DNA of 64,000 nt, from NCBI GenBank assembly GCA_963705505.1, contig CAVPJU010000001.1, positions 160,001 through 224,000 on the forward strand. Direction: 5' to 3'. A program made the translations under genes and the position numbers. This document shows, one piece after another, positions 29,043 through 39,402 of the stretch; position 1 is the first letter of the stretch, and the number at the start of each line of letters is the position of its first letter. Below the pieces are notes generated by a model. That model had not been told where the DNA came from, searched no databases, and saw only the letters and a list, made by a program, of their open reading frames with translations. Source of the stretch: an uncultured bacterium. GTDB taxonomy: Bacteria; Desulfobacterota_D; UBA1144; Nemesobacterales; UBA2774.

Positions 29043-30226
29043 TCAGGCGAATACCTTGCCGAAAGGATCGACCCGTGTCTTATCCTCCTGCACCGGCGTG
29101 ACCAGCTTTTTATCCCTTCTCTCGATCCTTATGGTCCCGTCTTTTCTCCGCGTTGCTATAAACTGGGTTCCGCTCGTCTCACCGGATATCTTCTGTAGTA
29201 TGCGCGGATAGTTTTTGGAGCCGATGAAGATCGAGTGTATGCATACGCCTAATTTCTTCGCCCTCGTCCTTTCGTCCATTACGTCACAGTCGCCCGAAGT
29301 CGGGATCCCGTCCGTGATGAAGAGAATGTGCTTGTTCCTGAGGCCGCGCCCCCTGAACTCGGTGAGAGCGTCCTTAAGCGCGTCTTCGTAGTTAGTATTT
29401 CCCGAACATTCCGTTTTAGAGGCGAGCTCGAGCATCCACTGATAATCCCTTGTAAAGAATGCGGAGTTCCTTTTGTATTTGTACGAGCGGTGATTGAATT
29501 CCACGTAACCGACCCTCATCTTTTTCGATCTGGCGAGCTCGATAACTCCCCTCACGACCGATGAAGACCACTCGCTGTAAACTCCCATCATGGAGGTGCT
29601 GACGTCCCTCAGTATCGCGATCTCTCCCCCCATCATTTCTTTTTCGCGTTTATGGACTCTCGGGAGCGTCGGTGTGGTGTACTCCGACCAGAACATCGCC
29701 TCGTACGGATCGACGTCCTCGATCTCGTCAAAGTGGTTCATCCTCTTCCACTTCCTGGGCAGTCCGCCGGGATGGGGCGCCCTGAGGGCTATGCTCCTCT
29801 GGAAATTGCCCTCGAGGACCTTCATTATCACTTTTACGTTGTCGGCCGACTCGAGGTTCCTCTTGCCGCCGATCCAGTAATCTTCCTCGTCTCCCGGATC
29901 GGGGGATTTGCTTGCGAAGACCTTGGTCGTCTTGGGAGGCTGCTTGTCGTCCCTTCTGGTTCCGTCGTCCGAAAGCTGCCCTGTGGGGTCCGACGGAATG
30001 TTCATATCCTCGGGCGGAGCCATGGAGCTTTCCTTCTGTATGTTTTCCTTGAGTTCTTTTAAAGCCTGGAAGAAGGTTTTACGGGCTTCTGTGAGCTGCT
30101 CCTGGGACTCCTTTTTCCCCCGCTCATCAGGGGACTCCTGCTTTTGCTCGTCCGGGGCGTCCTTGTCAAATTCTGAGGACGGCTGTTCCTCTAGCTCGCT
30201 CCCACTGTCCCTGTCTTTTTTTTTTT
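29043..30226 (-). CDS. vWA (ViaA-like) domain preceded by acidic linker; likely -1-frame continuation of the upstream AAA+ gene
   Basis: MIDAS residues DVSTS, GNTNY and FITDG; E/D/Q/K-rich linker begins at the A11 run. Alternative independent ATG at 30023. Confidence 0.8.
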
Positions 30227-31153
30227 GGAGGTGAGGTCCTCGATTATCTGGTCGAGCTGCAGGTACACCTCTTCGGGGATTCGGAATGCAGTCATGTATT
30301 TCAGTGCGTTCAGGTCTTCGAGCGTACATACGTCCCTGCCGTGGAGCAGCGCGTACGCCCTCATGATCTTGAGCGACTTTACGAAAAATGTCCTGTCAGA
30401 GATAAGGGAGTTCGTTTCATTACATCCGTAATCTTCTATGAGTGTAGCTACGAAGTTTGCCAGCCCATCCTGGACTTCTAGGGGTATTTCGAGCTTGCCC
30501 AGCTTCTTGTAGTATTCGTCGAAAACTTCCCTGCTCACCCTCGGCGGCACCTGGTATTCGAGCGGTCTCTGCGTGTAGAGCTTAATGACTTCCCTCGCTT
30601 CGTCCCATTTCTTGCCGTAGGACAAGCCCTGTGCGTGTATCTGCAGGACGAACCTGTCGAGGTTAGCGGGGTCAAGCGGCTCGTTGTAGTATTCGTCGGC
30701 CGTCGGGTTGCTCGTAGCGATCGCGGTCAAGAGCGGGATGTCCTCGTCAAAGAACTTTCTTTCGTTGAGAATTCTCAAGAGTACGTTCAGTGATTCGCCC
30801 GGCGCCCTGGATATATCGTCCAGAAGGCATATCTCGGCGGTCAGTATTCCGCCCTTCACGACCTTCTGTTTAATTACTTCGCCGGTGTCTGTGACCTCTT
30901 TGGAAATAACCAGATCCCCGATAAGTTCCGAGAGTCTGGTGTCTCTGTGGAGCTGATAGAAGAAGAATTTCAGCTGCGCTGCGCCGGAAATGATTTCGGC
31001 AAGCATAGTCTTGGCAGTTCCGGGCGGTCCTTCCACATAAATGTGCTCCCTGGCTATGACACCCAGGAGGAGGGATATCTTTACCCCCTCGTGTCCTATA
31101 ACCAGTTTATCCATTTCTTCTTTCAAAGCTATAAATGGATTTTGTGATATCAT
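30191..31153 (-). CDS. MoxR-family (RavA-like) AAA+ ATPase
   Basis: EHIYVEGPPGTAKT (Walker A), LLDD (Walker B variant), LNVLLRILNER, ATSN and LDRF; ATG 31153 with GGAGG upstream. Confidence 0.9.
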   Translation of the reverse strand: MISQNPFIALKEEMDKLVIGHEGVKISLLLGVIAREHIYVEGPPGTAKTMLAEIISGAAQLKFFFYQLHRDTRLSELIGDLVISKEVTDTGEVIKQKVVKGGILTAEICLLDDISRAPGESLNVLLRILNERKFFDEDIPLLTAIATSNPTADEYYNEPLDPANLDRFVLQIHAQGLSYGKKWDEAREVIKLYTQRPLEYQVPPRVSREVFDEYYKKLGKLEIPLEVQDGLANFVATLIEDYGCNETNSLISDRTFFVKSLKIMRAYALLHGRDVCTLEDLNALKYMTAFRIPEEVYLQLDQIIEDLTSKKKKTGTVGAS

Positions 31154-31540
31154 TATTTGGTATTGCCTCCGTAAAATTCCTTGAGCTACTGGATAATTGT
31201 ACATAAGCGGGTTTTTTTTTGCAATAATTGCTCCTTACACGGGTCGGCGGGGTTTTTATAATGAAATAAGCCGGTTCCTGTTTTCGGGCATTTACCATAA
31301 TCCCTTAAATGTGATAAGGTGTTAGCCTTTATATACTCAACGCGGTAATAACTATGCAGCTATCAATAACGAATTTCCTTTCGGAGTTAAGCGGTTTCGT
31401 ATGGGGTATCCCTCTGATTGCGCTTCTTTTGGGTATGGCGGCGTTCCGTTCGATTCGTATATATAGCCTCGATTTCGGGATTTGCGGAGCTTCGTTTTAA
31501 TACTAAAAATATTGAGCTACAATATAGGCTTAAGCTGATT

Positions 31541-31972
31541 ATGAAAGTGCTCTTCTGCTGGTTCATATTAACAGGCGCATTGTTCTTCCTTATGTCCTCG
31601 GGCGCCCGCGCGGTCGTATGGCAGCCGATCGGGTTCGGCACACAGGGCGACTCTTCCAAATTCAGGGTTTTTATCGATACGGACAGTATTCAAGTTTTCG
31701 GCGGGAAGGTCAGGTTCTGGCAGGGGCACGTGTTTTATGAGGAGCAGCCTCTCCCCTCGGGGAAGTCTTTCATAAGGGTTTCGATTTCGCGGGTTGTCGA
31801 TTGCGATGCAATGAGCGATTCTAACCTCGAGGCGGTATTTTACGGGCCCTCCGGGGACATCGTCGATAATTACGGGACACAGGGGGCGATGCAGTTTCAT
31901 CCCGTAAAGCCGGATACGATAAGCAGCGCAGTTTTAAATTTCGTCTGTGATTACGCAAAAAAGAACGGGTAG
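31541..31972 (+). CDS. Secreted surface-adhesin-E-like protein
   Basis: Signal peptide ending ARA; W..IG...VFID..SI...VRFW...VDC...FVC pattern. Confidence 0.6.
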   Translation: MKVLFCWFILTGALFFLMSSGARAVVWQPIGFGTQGDSSKFRVFIDTDSIQVFGGKVRFWQGHVFYEEQPLPSGKSFIRVSISRVVDCDAMSDSNLEAVFYGPSGDIVDNYGTQGAMQFHPVKPDTISSAVLNFVCDYAKKNG

Positions 31973-31982
31973 GGAGTGATTA

Positions 31983-32411
31983 ATGTTTAGAAGATCGGGC
32001 TCAATTTTATTGATACTTTTTTCTTTACTCATTTTCATGTTCTCTTGCCGCGGGGAAAAGGGCACGGTGGACAACTGGAAATACGTGGGCACTATAAAGG
32101 ACGAAAAGGGGAATGAAGTCGGAGTTTTTATGGATATGGCGAATTTAGAGATCGACGGGAACAAGAGGAAGTTCTGGATCAGGTATATGGGGATTAAGGA
32201 CGCGAAAACAGGGGAAAAATATATCCGTCAAACGGGCTATTGGGAGATCGACTGTTATGACAGGACGCTATTCAGGCTTGGGGAGGAATACTACAGCCCT
32301 GAAGGTACGCTGCAGGGCAGGTCTGAGAAACGGGTGAGGGAGGAGTACAGCTCCTATGAATCTCTCGGGGCTAAAATGTCGGACATCGCCTGCCGTTACG
32401 GTGGGAAGTAA
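31983..32411 (+). CDS. Lipoprotein, surface-adhesin-E-like; paralog of upstream gene
   Basis: Lipobox-like MFS-C; WKYVG...VFMD...RKFW...EIDC...IAC. Confidence 0.6.
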   Translation: MFRRSGSILLILFSLLIFMFSCRGEKGTVDNWKYVGTIKDEKGNEVGVFMDMANLEIDGNKRKFWIRYMGIKDAKTGEKYIRQTGYWEIDCYDRTLFRLGEEYYSPEGTLQGRSEKRVREEYSSYESLGAKMSDIACRYGGK

Positions 32412-32506
32412 TCTTTATCTTCGATTAAACCTTCTCCAGAAGGGCAGCAACTAAATGGATAGGAATCTCCCCCTAACTCCCTTCTTATGCTCTGAAATCT
32501 TCGGCC

Positions 32507-32737
32507 TCAATGCTTCACGTCGCTCGGTAGGAGCACCATTTCCCAGATCGAGATCATAACTTCTTCTTTTTCGGTCAGCTCGGGCTTCTTTCCAGTCATT
32601 ATTTCTTTGGCGTACTTGTTGGCAAACTCGTTTAAGTCGCTGATGCTGACGTCTATCTCTTCCGGGTTGTCGTGAAGCATAACGCGGAAGCCGCTTTCCG
32701 TCTGTGTTGCTGTGAATCCGTTTAATTCCCTGTTCAT
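32507..32737 (-). CDS. Hypothetical protein
   Basis: 76-aa ORF with GGAG RBS. Confidence 0.65.
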   Translation of the reverse strand: MNRELNGFTATQTESGFRVMLHDNPEEIDVSISDLNEFANKYAKEIMTGKKPELTEKEEVMISIWEMVLLPSDVKH

Positions 32738-32874
32738 GTTTTTTGTCTCCGAATTTTTACTTTAATTTTAATATAGTCACGGGTTTTTTGTTTTAAAGGG
32801 TGGAATTTTTACGGGCCTCGAAAGGCCGCTGCCCGCCGGGATTTCCCTGACGGCGGCGCTCTTTTGAGTCGGTG

Positions 32875-33693
32875 TCAGACGAGTTTTATATTGAGATTCC
32901 CGTTGGTTGCGAGAAGATCGCATCTCCTGTTCTGCCTGAATTCCTTCCATTCGCAGGGCGTGCCGTCCAGGTGAAGCAGTGCGCCCCCGGCTTCGCTGAC
33001 GAATAAGATTCCGGCGGCGATGTCCCAGAGCGAGATCTTCGTGGTCATGTAGCTCTCGGACCTCCCCATTCCGACGAAGGCGAGCTCGAGGGCGGCTGAG
33101 CCGAGCTTCCTCGTGTCTTTAACCTGAAGGTAGTATTTACCGAGCAGCTCGAGCGACTTTTTCTTGTTTTTTACCCCTCCCTCGCAATAAACCCCGTACG
33201 CATTGCTTGCCCTGCTCACACCGGAGACCCTCGCTCGCCTCACTTTTTTCCTGAGGTTATCATGGTGATACGCGCCGTATCCCCTGACGGATACAAATCT
33301 CTCCATCATCATCGGGGCTTCTATAACCCCTAAAACGGGCTCCCCTTTGTGCCAGAGGGATATGGAGACCGCGAACAACGGGTTCTGATCGGCAAAGTTG
33401 CTCGTGCCGTCAAGCGGGTCGATTATCCAGAGCCAGGGGGACTTTTTGTCGACGAATCCCGTTTCCTCTGTGACATAAGAGTGGGCGGGAAAACGGCTTT
33501 CGATCTCTTTCCTGATGACCTTGTCGGCTACTATGTCGTATACGAGCTTTACCTCTTTGACCGTGCCGCGCTCGACGGGGTCTTCTTTTCTGAAGCTCTG
33601 CAAGAGTCTCTTTCCCGCTTTCTCTGCTATTAAAATGGCCTGATTTAGCAGCTTCCTTTCCTCTTCCGGCAATTTCCTCTCGAGTTCGTTCAT
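32875..33693 (-). CDS. Inositol monophosphatase (SuhB/FIG) family protein
   Basis: TEE, WIIDPLDGTSNF, RKLGSAAL and WDIAAG motifs. Confidence 0.92.
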   Translation of the reverse strand: MNELERKLPEEERKLLNQAILIAEKAGKRLLQSFRKEDPVERGTVKEVKLVYDIVADKVIRKEIESRFPAHSYVTEETGFVDKKSPWLWIIDPLDGTSNFADQNPLFAVSISLWHKGEPVLGVIEAPMMMERFVSVRGYGAYHHDNLRKKVRRARVSGVSRASNAYGVYCEGGVKNKKKSLELLGKYYLQVKDTRKLGSAALELAFVGMGRSESYMTTKISLWDIAAGILFVSEAGGALLHLDGTPCEWKEFRQNRRCDLLATNGNLNIKLV

Positions 33694-33771
33694 CGTTTTA
33701 ACCCCCTGAGTTTCATTCTATCCGTCTCCTGAATAATGTAGACTTAAATAATATCCGATCCCGGAGGAATT

Positions 33772-34050
33772 ATGGGCAGCCCTTACCTTGAGGGAGAAAA
33801 GGCGCTTGAGAGGTTAGGCGATCTCACCGAGCTTATCTGCAGGATAGCGGAAGGCAGCGGTCTCGATAATGAGGATAATGAGTTGATCGAGAAACTCCTT
33901 CAGGATATGAGCGCCGCTCTCAGGGAAAGGGACGTCGACAGGGCGAAGAAGCTCGTAATGCGTTTGCTTTCGGAGGTCCTCGGATACGATGAGGTCAGAG
34001 CCAGGTTCGTAATGAACAACCATCTGAATAAAAACGCGGGATGGGATTGA
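33772..34050 (+). CDS. Hypothetical helical protein
   Basis: 92-aa ORF with GGAGG RBS. Confidence 0.65.
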   Translation: MGSPYLEGEKALERLGDLTELICRIAEGSGLDNEDNELIEKLLQDMSAALRERDVDRAKKLVMRLLSEVLGYDEVRARFVMNNHLNKNAGWD

Positions 34051-34101
34051 GGAGTTTTTTTATAGCCCCCTTTGCCCGTTTACAGGCTCCGGCTATGTTT
34101 C

Positions 34102-34671
34102 TCATCCGCCGGATAAGTCATCTTCGTTCAATATCCTGTCGACCGCTTCGATGAGGTCCCTCTCGATAAAATCTGCGTATCCGGAATCGTCCTCGGTGCC
34201 GGTCTGAACCTGAATCGTTCTGAGCCCGGAGCTCTTGCCCGCGAGCATGTCGATATCCGAATCCCCGACCATCCAGGATCCGGTTTTATGAATATTGTAG
34301 GAATCGCATATCACGTCGATCATGCCGGTCTTTGGCTTCCTGCATTCGCAGACTATGTTGTAGGGGGATAATGTACCGCGGGGGTTATGGGGGCAATATT
34401 CATATTCCGTAATAAAAACCCCGTTATACTTGAGAATCAGGTCGAGGCAGTGATGGAGTTCTTCCACGTCCTTTTCGGTGAGGTGTCCCTTGGCTATCCT
34501 GCCCTGGTTCGTCACGACGAACAGGAGGAACTCGTTCTCCGCTAATTTTTTCAGCGCCGCGATATAGCTTTCAGGGATGAAGAAGTCTTCGACCCTGTAG
34601 ATATACTTCTCGCCTCCGTGAGGCAGGAGTATCGTCTTATCCCTGTCGAGAAACACCGCCTTTAAGCTCAT
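34102..34671 (-). CDS. HAD-IIIA phosphatase, GmhB/histidinol-phosphatase-like
   Basis: FLDRDKT, VTNQ, CPH...CECRKP and MVGD motifs. Confidence 0.88.
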   Translation of the reverse strand: MSLKAVFLDRDKTILLPHGGEKYIYRVEDFFIPESYIAALKKLAENEFLLFVVTNQGRIAKGHLTEKDVEELHHCLDLILKYNGVFITEYEYCPHNPRGTLSPYNIVCECRKPKTGMIDVICDSYNIHKTGSWMVGDSDIDMLAGKSSGLRTIQVQTGTEDDSGYADFIERDLIEAVDRILNEDDLSGG

Positions 34672-34734
34672 TCGTCACCCGGTGGGGAACCTCCTAAACT
34701 AAACTTTAACCGTTAAGGGAATCGAAGCCAATAA

Positions 34735-34783
34735 GCGTTATGCTGCCATGCGTTATGCAGCCATGGCTTTATGTCCTGACATG
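34735..34783. repeat. Short tandem repeat (2 x 15 bp plus a degenerate third copy)
   Basis: GCGTTATGCTGCCAT GCGTTATGCAGCCAT GGCTTTATGTCCTGACATG. Confidence 0.55.
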
Positions 34784-34854
34784 CGGACTGAATAGATCGG
34801 GCGGCCTGGAAAAACGATTTTTATCGGGGAGTTGCGGGTGTGGACTCTTCAGCT

Positions 34855-35070
34855 TTATTTGCCGGGGGCCTTGAAATACTTATCTTTGGCTTCTTTAGGG
34901 AGGTGTTTCTTCAGGTACTCCGTTACGGCTTCCCTGACGATCTGGGCAGGCCTCATCTGGAGATGCCACTGCGACTCGTTAAGCATATCGACGAATTCCT
35001 GTGAAGCCTTTACGTATATAGCCTTTTCGAGCGGCTCTTTCTTACTTTTCTCTTTCTTTTTGATAACCAT
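34855..35070 (-). CDS. Small ribbon-helix-helix-like DNA-binding protein
   Basis: Basic N-terminus; AIYVKAS strand followed by QEFVDMLNE and AQIVREAVTEYL helices. Confidence 0.6.
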   Translation of the reverse strand: MVIKKKEKSKKEPLEKAIYVKASQEFVDMLNESQWHLQMRPAQIVREAVTEYLKKHLPKEAKDKYFKAPGK

Positions 35071-35405
35071 ATTTTAAATATATAACATAGTCCGGATATA
35101 AAATGAATAGCTGTTTTTCGGGTGTCGGCTATTGAAAGCCGTTCACTGAGAATCGTGAGTAAAAATATGTAATATTCTCTGCGGATTATCTTGGGCTAAA
35201 AAAGTCTAAGCCTGCCTTATTTTTTTTCACTCCGGCCCCCGCAATTGCGCATCGAGTATTGTTTATAATGCAGCGATGAATAGAATATAGATGTATGACG
35301 TGACGAGCTGCGCCCGGTGCGGAAAATTAACGTACCGTACGGTCATAGGTTCGTTGCGGAATCGAATCGAACGATTCTGCGTCATAATAGATGGGGAGAA
35401 ATACG

Positions 35406-36497
35406 ATGAAATGGTCTTGGAAGATAGGCGAGTTCGCGGGCATAGGGGTTTATATGCACGCGACTTTTCTACTTATAATTGCCTGGGTCATATTGATTCA
35501 CTGGAGCGCGGGACACGACCTTGCGACTATAGCATCGGGAGTCGTGTTCGTCCTGGCTTTATTCCTCTGTGTGGTACTCCACGAATTCGGACACGCTCTG
35601 ACGGCCAGAAGATACGGCATAAAAACCCGAGATATAACTCTTCTGCCGATAGGAGGGGTGGCCCGTCTTGAGCGCATGCCGGATGACCCTATGCAGGAGT
35701 TCTGGGTCGCTCTCGCGGGGCCGGCCGTGACCGTAGCCATTGCGGTGCTTTTGTATGTCTGGCTTCAAATAACTGGCGGCTTTGTGCCCATAGATAAGCT
35801 TACACTCACTCAGGGTTCCTTTATCGAGCGCCTCATGTTAGTCAACGTGTTTCTGTTTGTTTTTAATATTATCCCCGCGTTCCCCATGGACGGCGGCAGG
35901 GTGCTGAGAGCGCTTCTCGCATTGCACGGCGATTACACAAAGGCGACGCAGACAGCAGCGACGATCGGACAGGCGATAGCCCTTATTTTCGGCTTTGTCG
36001 GTCTCTTTACCAACCCCTTCCTCATCTTCATAGCGCTTTTCGTCTGGATAGGCGCTGCTCAGGAAGCGAGCATGGTAAAGATAAAATCAGCCCTCGGCGG
36101 GATTCCGGTTTATAAGGCTATGCTCACGGATTATAAGACCGTAGGCCCGGGTGATATGTTGAAGCAATTAGTCGAGCTCACGATGTCGGGCTCGCAGCAG
36201 GATTTTCCCGTCGTCGATAACGGCAGGTTAGTCGGTATGGTCCCGCATGCGGACCTCATAAAGGGACTCGCGGAGAAGGGCGATTCGGCTTCTGTCGGAG
36301 AGATAATGCGGCGCGAATTTCAGGTCGTCGATCCTTCGGAAATGCTGGAGTATGCTTTTGCGCGTCTTCAGACGGGCGATTTCTACACTATGCCCGTCGT
36401 TAAAAACGGGAACCTTGTCGGCCTCCTGACCATGGATAACGTGGGGGAATTCATGAGGATACAGTCGGCCATGTCGGGCTCCCGTGCCCGGGGATAA
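35406..36497 (+). CDS. Site-2 protease (M50) with C-terminal CBS pair
   Basis: HEFGH, AGP and NIIPAFPMDGGR motifs; two CBS repeats. Confidence 0.93.
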   Translation: MKWSWKIGEFAGIGVYMHATFLLIIAWVILIHWSAGHDLATIASGVVFVLALFLCVVLHEFGHALTARRYGIKTRDITLLPIGGVARLERMPDDPMQEFWVALAGPAVTVAIAVLLYVWLQITGGFVPIDKLTLTQGSFIERLMLVNVFLFVFNIIPAFPMDGGRVLRALLALHGDYTKATQTAATIGQAIALIFGFVGLFTNPFLIFIALFVWIGAAQEASMVKIKSALGGIPVYKAMLTDYKTVGPGDMLKQLVELTMSGSQQDFPVVDNGRLVGMVPHADLIKGLAEKGDSASVGEIMRREFQVVDPSEMLEYAFARLQTGDFYTMPVVKNGNLVGLLTMDNVGEFMRIQSAMSGSRARG

Positions 36498-36616
36498 CCG
36501 GATCATATCATTATCGATCACACTCCTGCCATGGCCGGTCTCAAGATTTGCGGCTGGATGGTAGTATTATGGACATGTAGTCGGAATCTATCCCCGAAAA
36601 AAATCCGGGTGCGATC

Positions 36617-38867
36617 ATGGAAGAAAAAACCGAAATCATCAGCAGGGATCGGCAGAAAACACGTCGCCTCCACGTTACCGATATGAGCTGTGCGGGCTGT
36701 GTCGAAACTGTGGAAAAAACCCTGAAGTCCGTCCCCGGGGTGTCCGACGCGGAGGTCAATTTTGCTGAGAGGACAGCGACCGTGACGGGCGATGTTCCCT
36801 GCCGATGTGCTCGTGAAGGCCGTCGGCAAGGCCGGTTACACGGCCTCGTTACTAGAGGACGAGGACTCGGAGGCGGAGAAGGAAAATACGGAGCTTGAGC
36901 ATTACAGAAGACTCCTCCGGCAGACGGTCGTTTCAGGAGCGATAAGCGTCCTCATATTCGCCGTAAGCATGTTCGACCTGCTCCCTTCGCTCGATTCAGT
37001 AAAGGGGCAGATTTCATGGGGAGCCGTCTCCCTGCTCACCCTGTTCGTCCTCACATACGGGGGAGGCCGTTTTTTCACGGGCGCATGGAAATCCTTCAAA
37101 AATCATAATGCGAACATGGATACGCTGATAGCCATAGGGACAGGGGTCGCATGGGTCTATTCGACTTTCGTCGTGCTCTTTCCAGGCTCCGTGGCGGAGA
37201 TAGCGAGGCACCTTTATTTCGAGACCGCGGCGCTGATAATAGCGTTTATCAATCTGGGCTCTGCGCTTGAAATGAGAGCCCGCGGGAAGACCTCTCAGGC
37301 TATAAAGCGCCTCATTGGTCTTCAGCCCAGAACCGCCCGGATAGTAAGAGGTGACGAAGAGGTCGATATCCCTATAGGGCTCGTGGTTTTGGGCGATATA
37401 GTCCGTGTGCGGCCGGGCGAGAAGATACCGGTTGACGGGGAGATAACGGAGGGCTCATCATACGTCGATGAATCGATGCTTACGGGCGAGCCAATTCCGG
37501 TCGAGAAGAAGAAAGGGGACTCGGCCGTGGGCGGGACGATTAACAAATCGGGGAGCTTTCTCTTCAGGGCGACCCGCATCGGCAAAGACACGGCTCTCGC
37601 CAGGATTATCGATATGGTGCGCAGGGCTCAGAACACGAAGCCCGAGATAGGCCGGCTTGCGGATAAGGTCTCCGGGATATTCGTCCCCTCAGTGCTTATC
37701 ATAGCCGTATTTACGATGCTCGCATGGTTTAATTTCGGCCCTTCTCCGCGAATCACATATATGCTCGTTACGACTATGGCTGTACTCATAATCGCATGCC
37801 CCTGCGCGCTCGGCCTCGCAACGCCTATCTCCGTGATGGTCGGGGTGGGCAAGGCAGCCGAATACGGCGTACTCATAAGAAAAGGGGACGCGCTCCAGCA
37901 GGCGGGCCAGCTTACTACGATAGTCCTCGATAAAACGGGGACGATCACGGAGGGAAAGCCCGTACTGACCGCAATCGAGCCATCCGCGCAATTAAACAGT
38001 GACGAATTACTGACGCTCGCAGCAAGTGTGGAGAGCGGCTCCGAGCATCCACTCGCGCAGGCGATTGTAGAAGCCGCAAAAGTTAAGAATCTCGGGCTCA
38101 GGACTATCGAATCGTTTGAAGCAATATCAGGTCACGGCGTGAGGGCTCTCTACGACGGAAATACGTTTCTCCTCGGCAACCGTAAGCTGCTGGCCGATAA
38201 TAATGTAGATGCGGAATCGCTAAATTCAGCTGCGGAACGTTTATCGAAGCAGGGACAGACGGTGGTATTCGCGGCTCTAAACGGGAGCGCGGCCGGCGTG
38301 CTCGGGATATCCGATCCCGTTAAGGCTGACTCCAGGGAAGCCGTTCAAAGGCTACGCAAAGAGGGGATCAAGGTGATAATGCTTACGGGAGACAGCCGTA
38401 TCACCGCGCAGTCGGTCGCGGAGCAGGTAGGGGTGGATGAATTCATAGCGGAGGTATTGCCTGAGGAAAAGGCTAAAGAAATTTCGAAGCTTCAGGCAAG
38501 GGGCGAGAAGGTCGGAATGGTCGGTGACGGTATTAATGACGCTCCTGCCTTAGCCGGGGCCGATGTCGGCTTCGCGATAGGGACGGGGACTGACGTCGCC
38601 ATTGAGAGCGCGGATATAACTCTCATGAGGGGGTCTCTCCACGGCGTCGCCGATGCGGTGGGTATTTCGAAAGCGACTTTGAGAAACATCAAAGAGAATT
38701 TGCTGGGCGCATTCGCCTATAATACGCTCGCCATACCGATAGCAGCCGGAATATTATTCCCCTTCACGGGGCTTCTGCTCAATCCCGTCATAGCGGGCGC
38801 TGCTATGGCTCTGTCCTCCGTTACTGTCGTAACGAATGCGAACAGGCTCAGGTGGTTTAAACCGTGA
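36617..38867 (+). CDS. copA: Cu(I)-translocating P1B-type ATPase (apparent +1 frameshift at ~36798)
   Basis: HMA MSCAGC, TGE, CPCALG, DKTGT, SEHP, GDGIND, YN and MALSS motifs; deleting one C of CCC at 36797-36799 joins the HMA ORF to 36792..38867. Confidence 0.9.
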
Positions 38868-38880
38868 GCAAGGCGGATTC

Positions 38881-39255
38881 ATGAATATCGTTGTCAACTT
38901 AGCGGGAATTATTCTCGCCGGATTCATCGTCTGGTGGTTCTGGATTTCAAAAAGCGGCAAAGAAGCGCGTATAGCCGGGAATGAAATCAGTATTACGGTG
39001 GATGGGGGAGTCTACGACCCTCCCGTGATCCGCGTCCCTGCGGGCAAACCCCTCACGCTACGTTTTATCAGAAAGGACGCGAGTCCGTGCGCGGAAAAGG
39101 TGATTTTTAAAGGGCTCGATATAAGCGCCGATCTTCCTCTGGGGAAACCCTATGAACTCAGCATTACACCCGAGAAAGCCGGTGAGTACGAATTTACATG
39201 CCAGATGGCAATGTACCGCGGCAAGCTGATTGTGGAAGAGGACACGAAGTCCTGA
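38881..39255 (+). CDS. Cupredoxin-domain protein (CupA-like) with N-terminal TM
   Basis: WWFW, GVYDP, SPCAE and FTCQMAMYRG motifs; directly follows copA. Confidence 0.88.
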   Translation: MNIVVNLAGIILAGFIVWWFWISKSGKEARIAGNEISITVDGGVYDPPVIRVPAGKPLTLRFIRKDASPCAEKVIFKGLDISADLPLGKPYELSITPEKAGEYEFTCQMAMYRGKLIVEEDTKS

Positions 39256-39402
39256 AAAATCCGCCGTACTTCACGGTCGATGTGTTCAGGACGATCTCCT
39301 CACGCCCGGACTGTCTTTGCCAATCCTCGAAATTACACACGAAGCCCGTGTTCTTTTAGCAAGAAAAAAATGGGGCTTCCTGGGATGGAGCTCGAGTAAG
39401 GT

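Noticed and set aside
30227..30329. ORF-track start (MYARRP...) for the vWA protein
   Set aside because: Overlaps the AAA+ coding region by over 100 nt and reads as off-frame sequence; the linker-like composition begins only after the A11 run
36617..36898. Programmed frameshift making a CopZ-like chaperone from copA, as in E. coli
   Set aside because: The break needs +1, has no slippery heptamer and falls inside the HMA fold (before its last helix and strand). It matches the window's other single-base insertions
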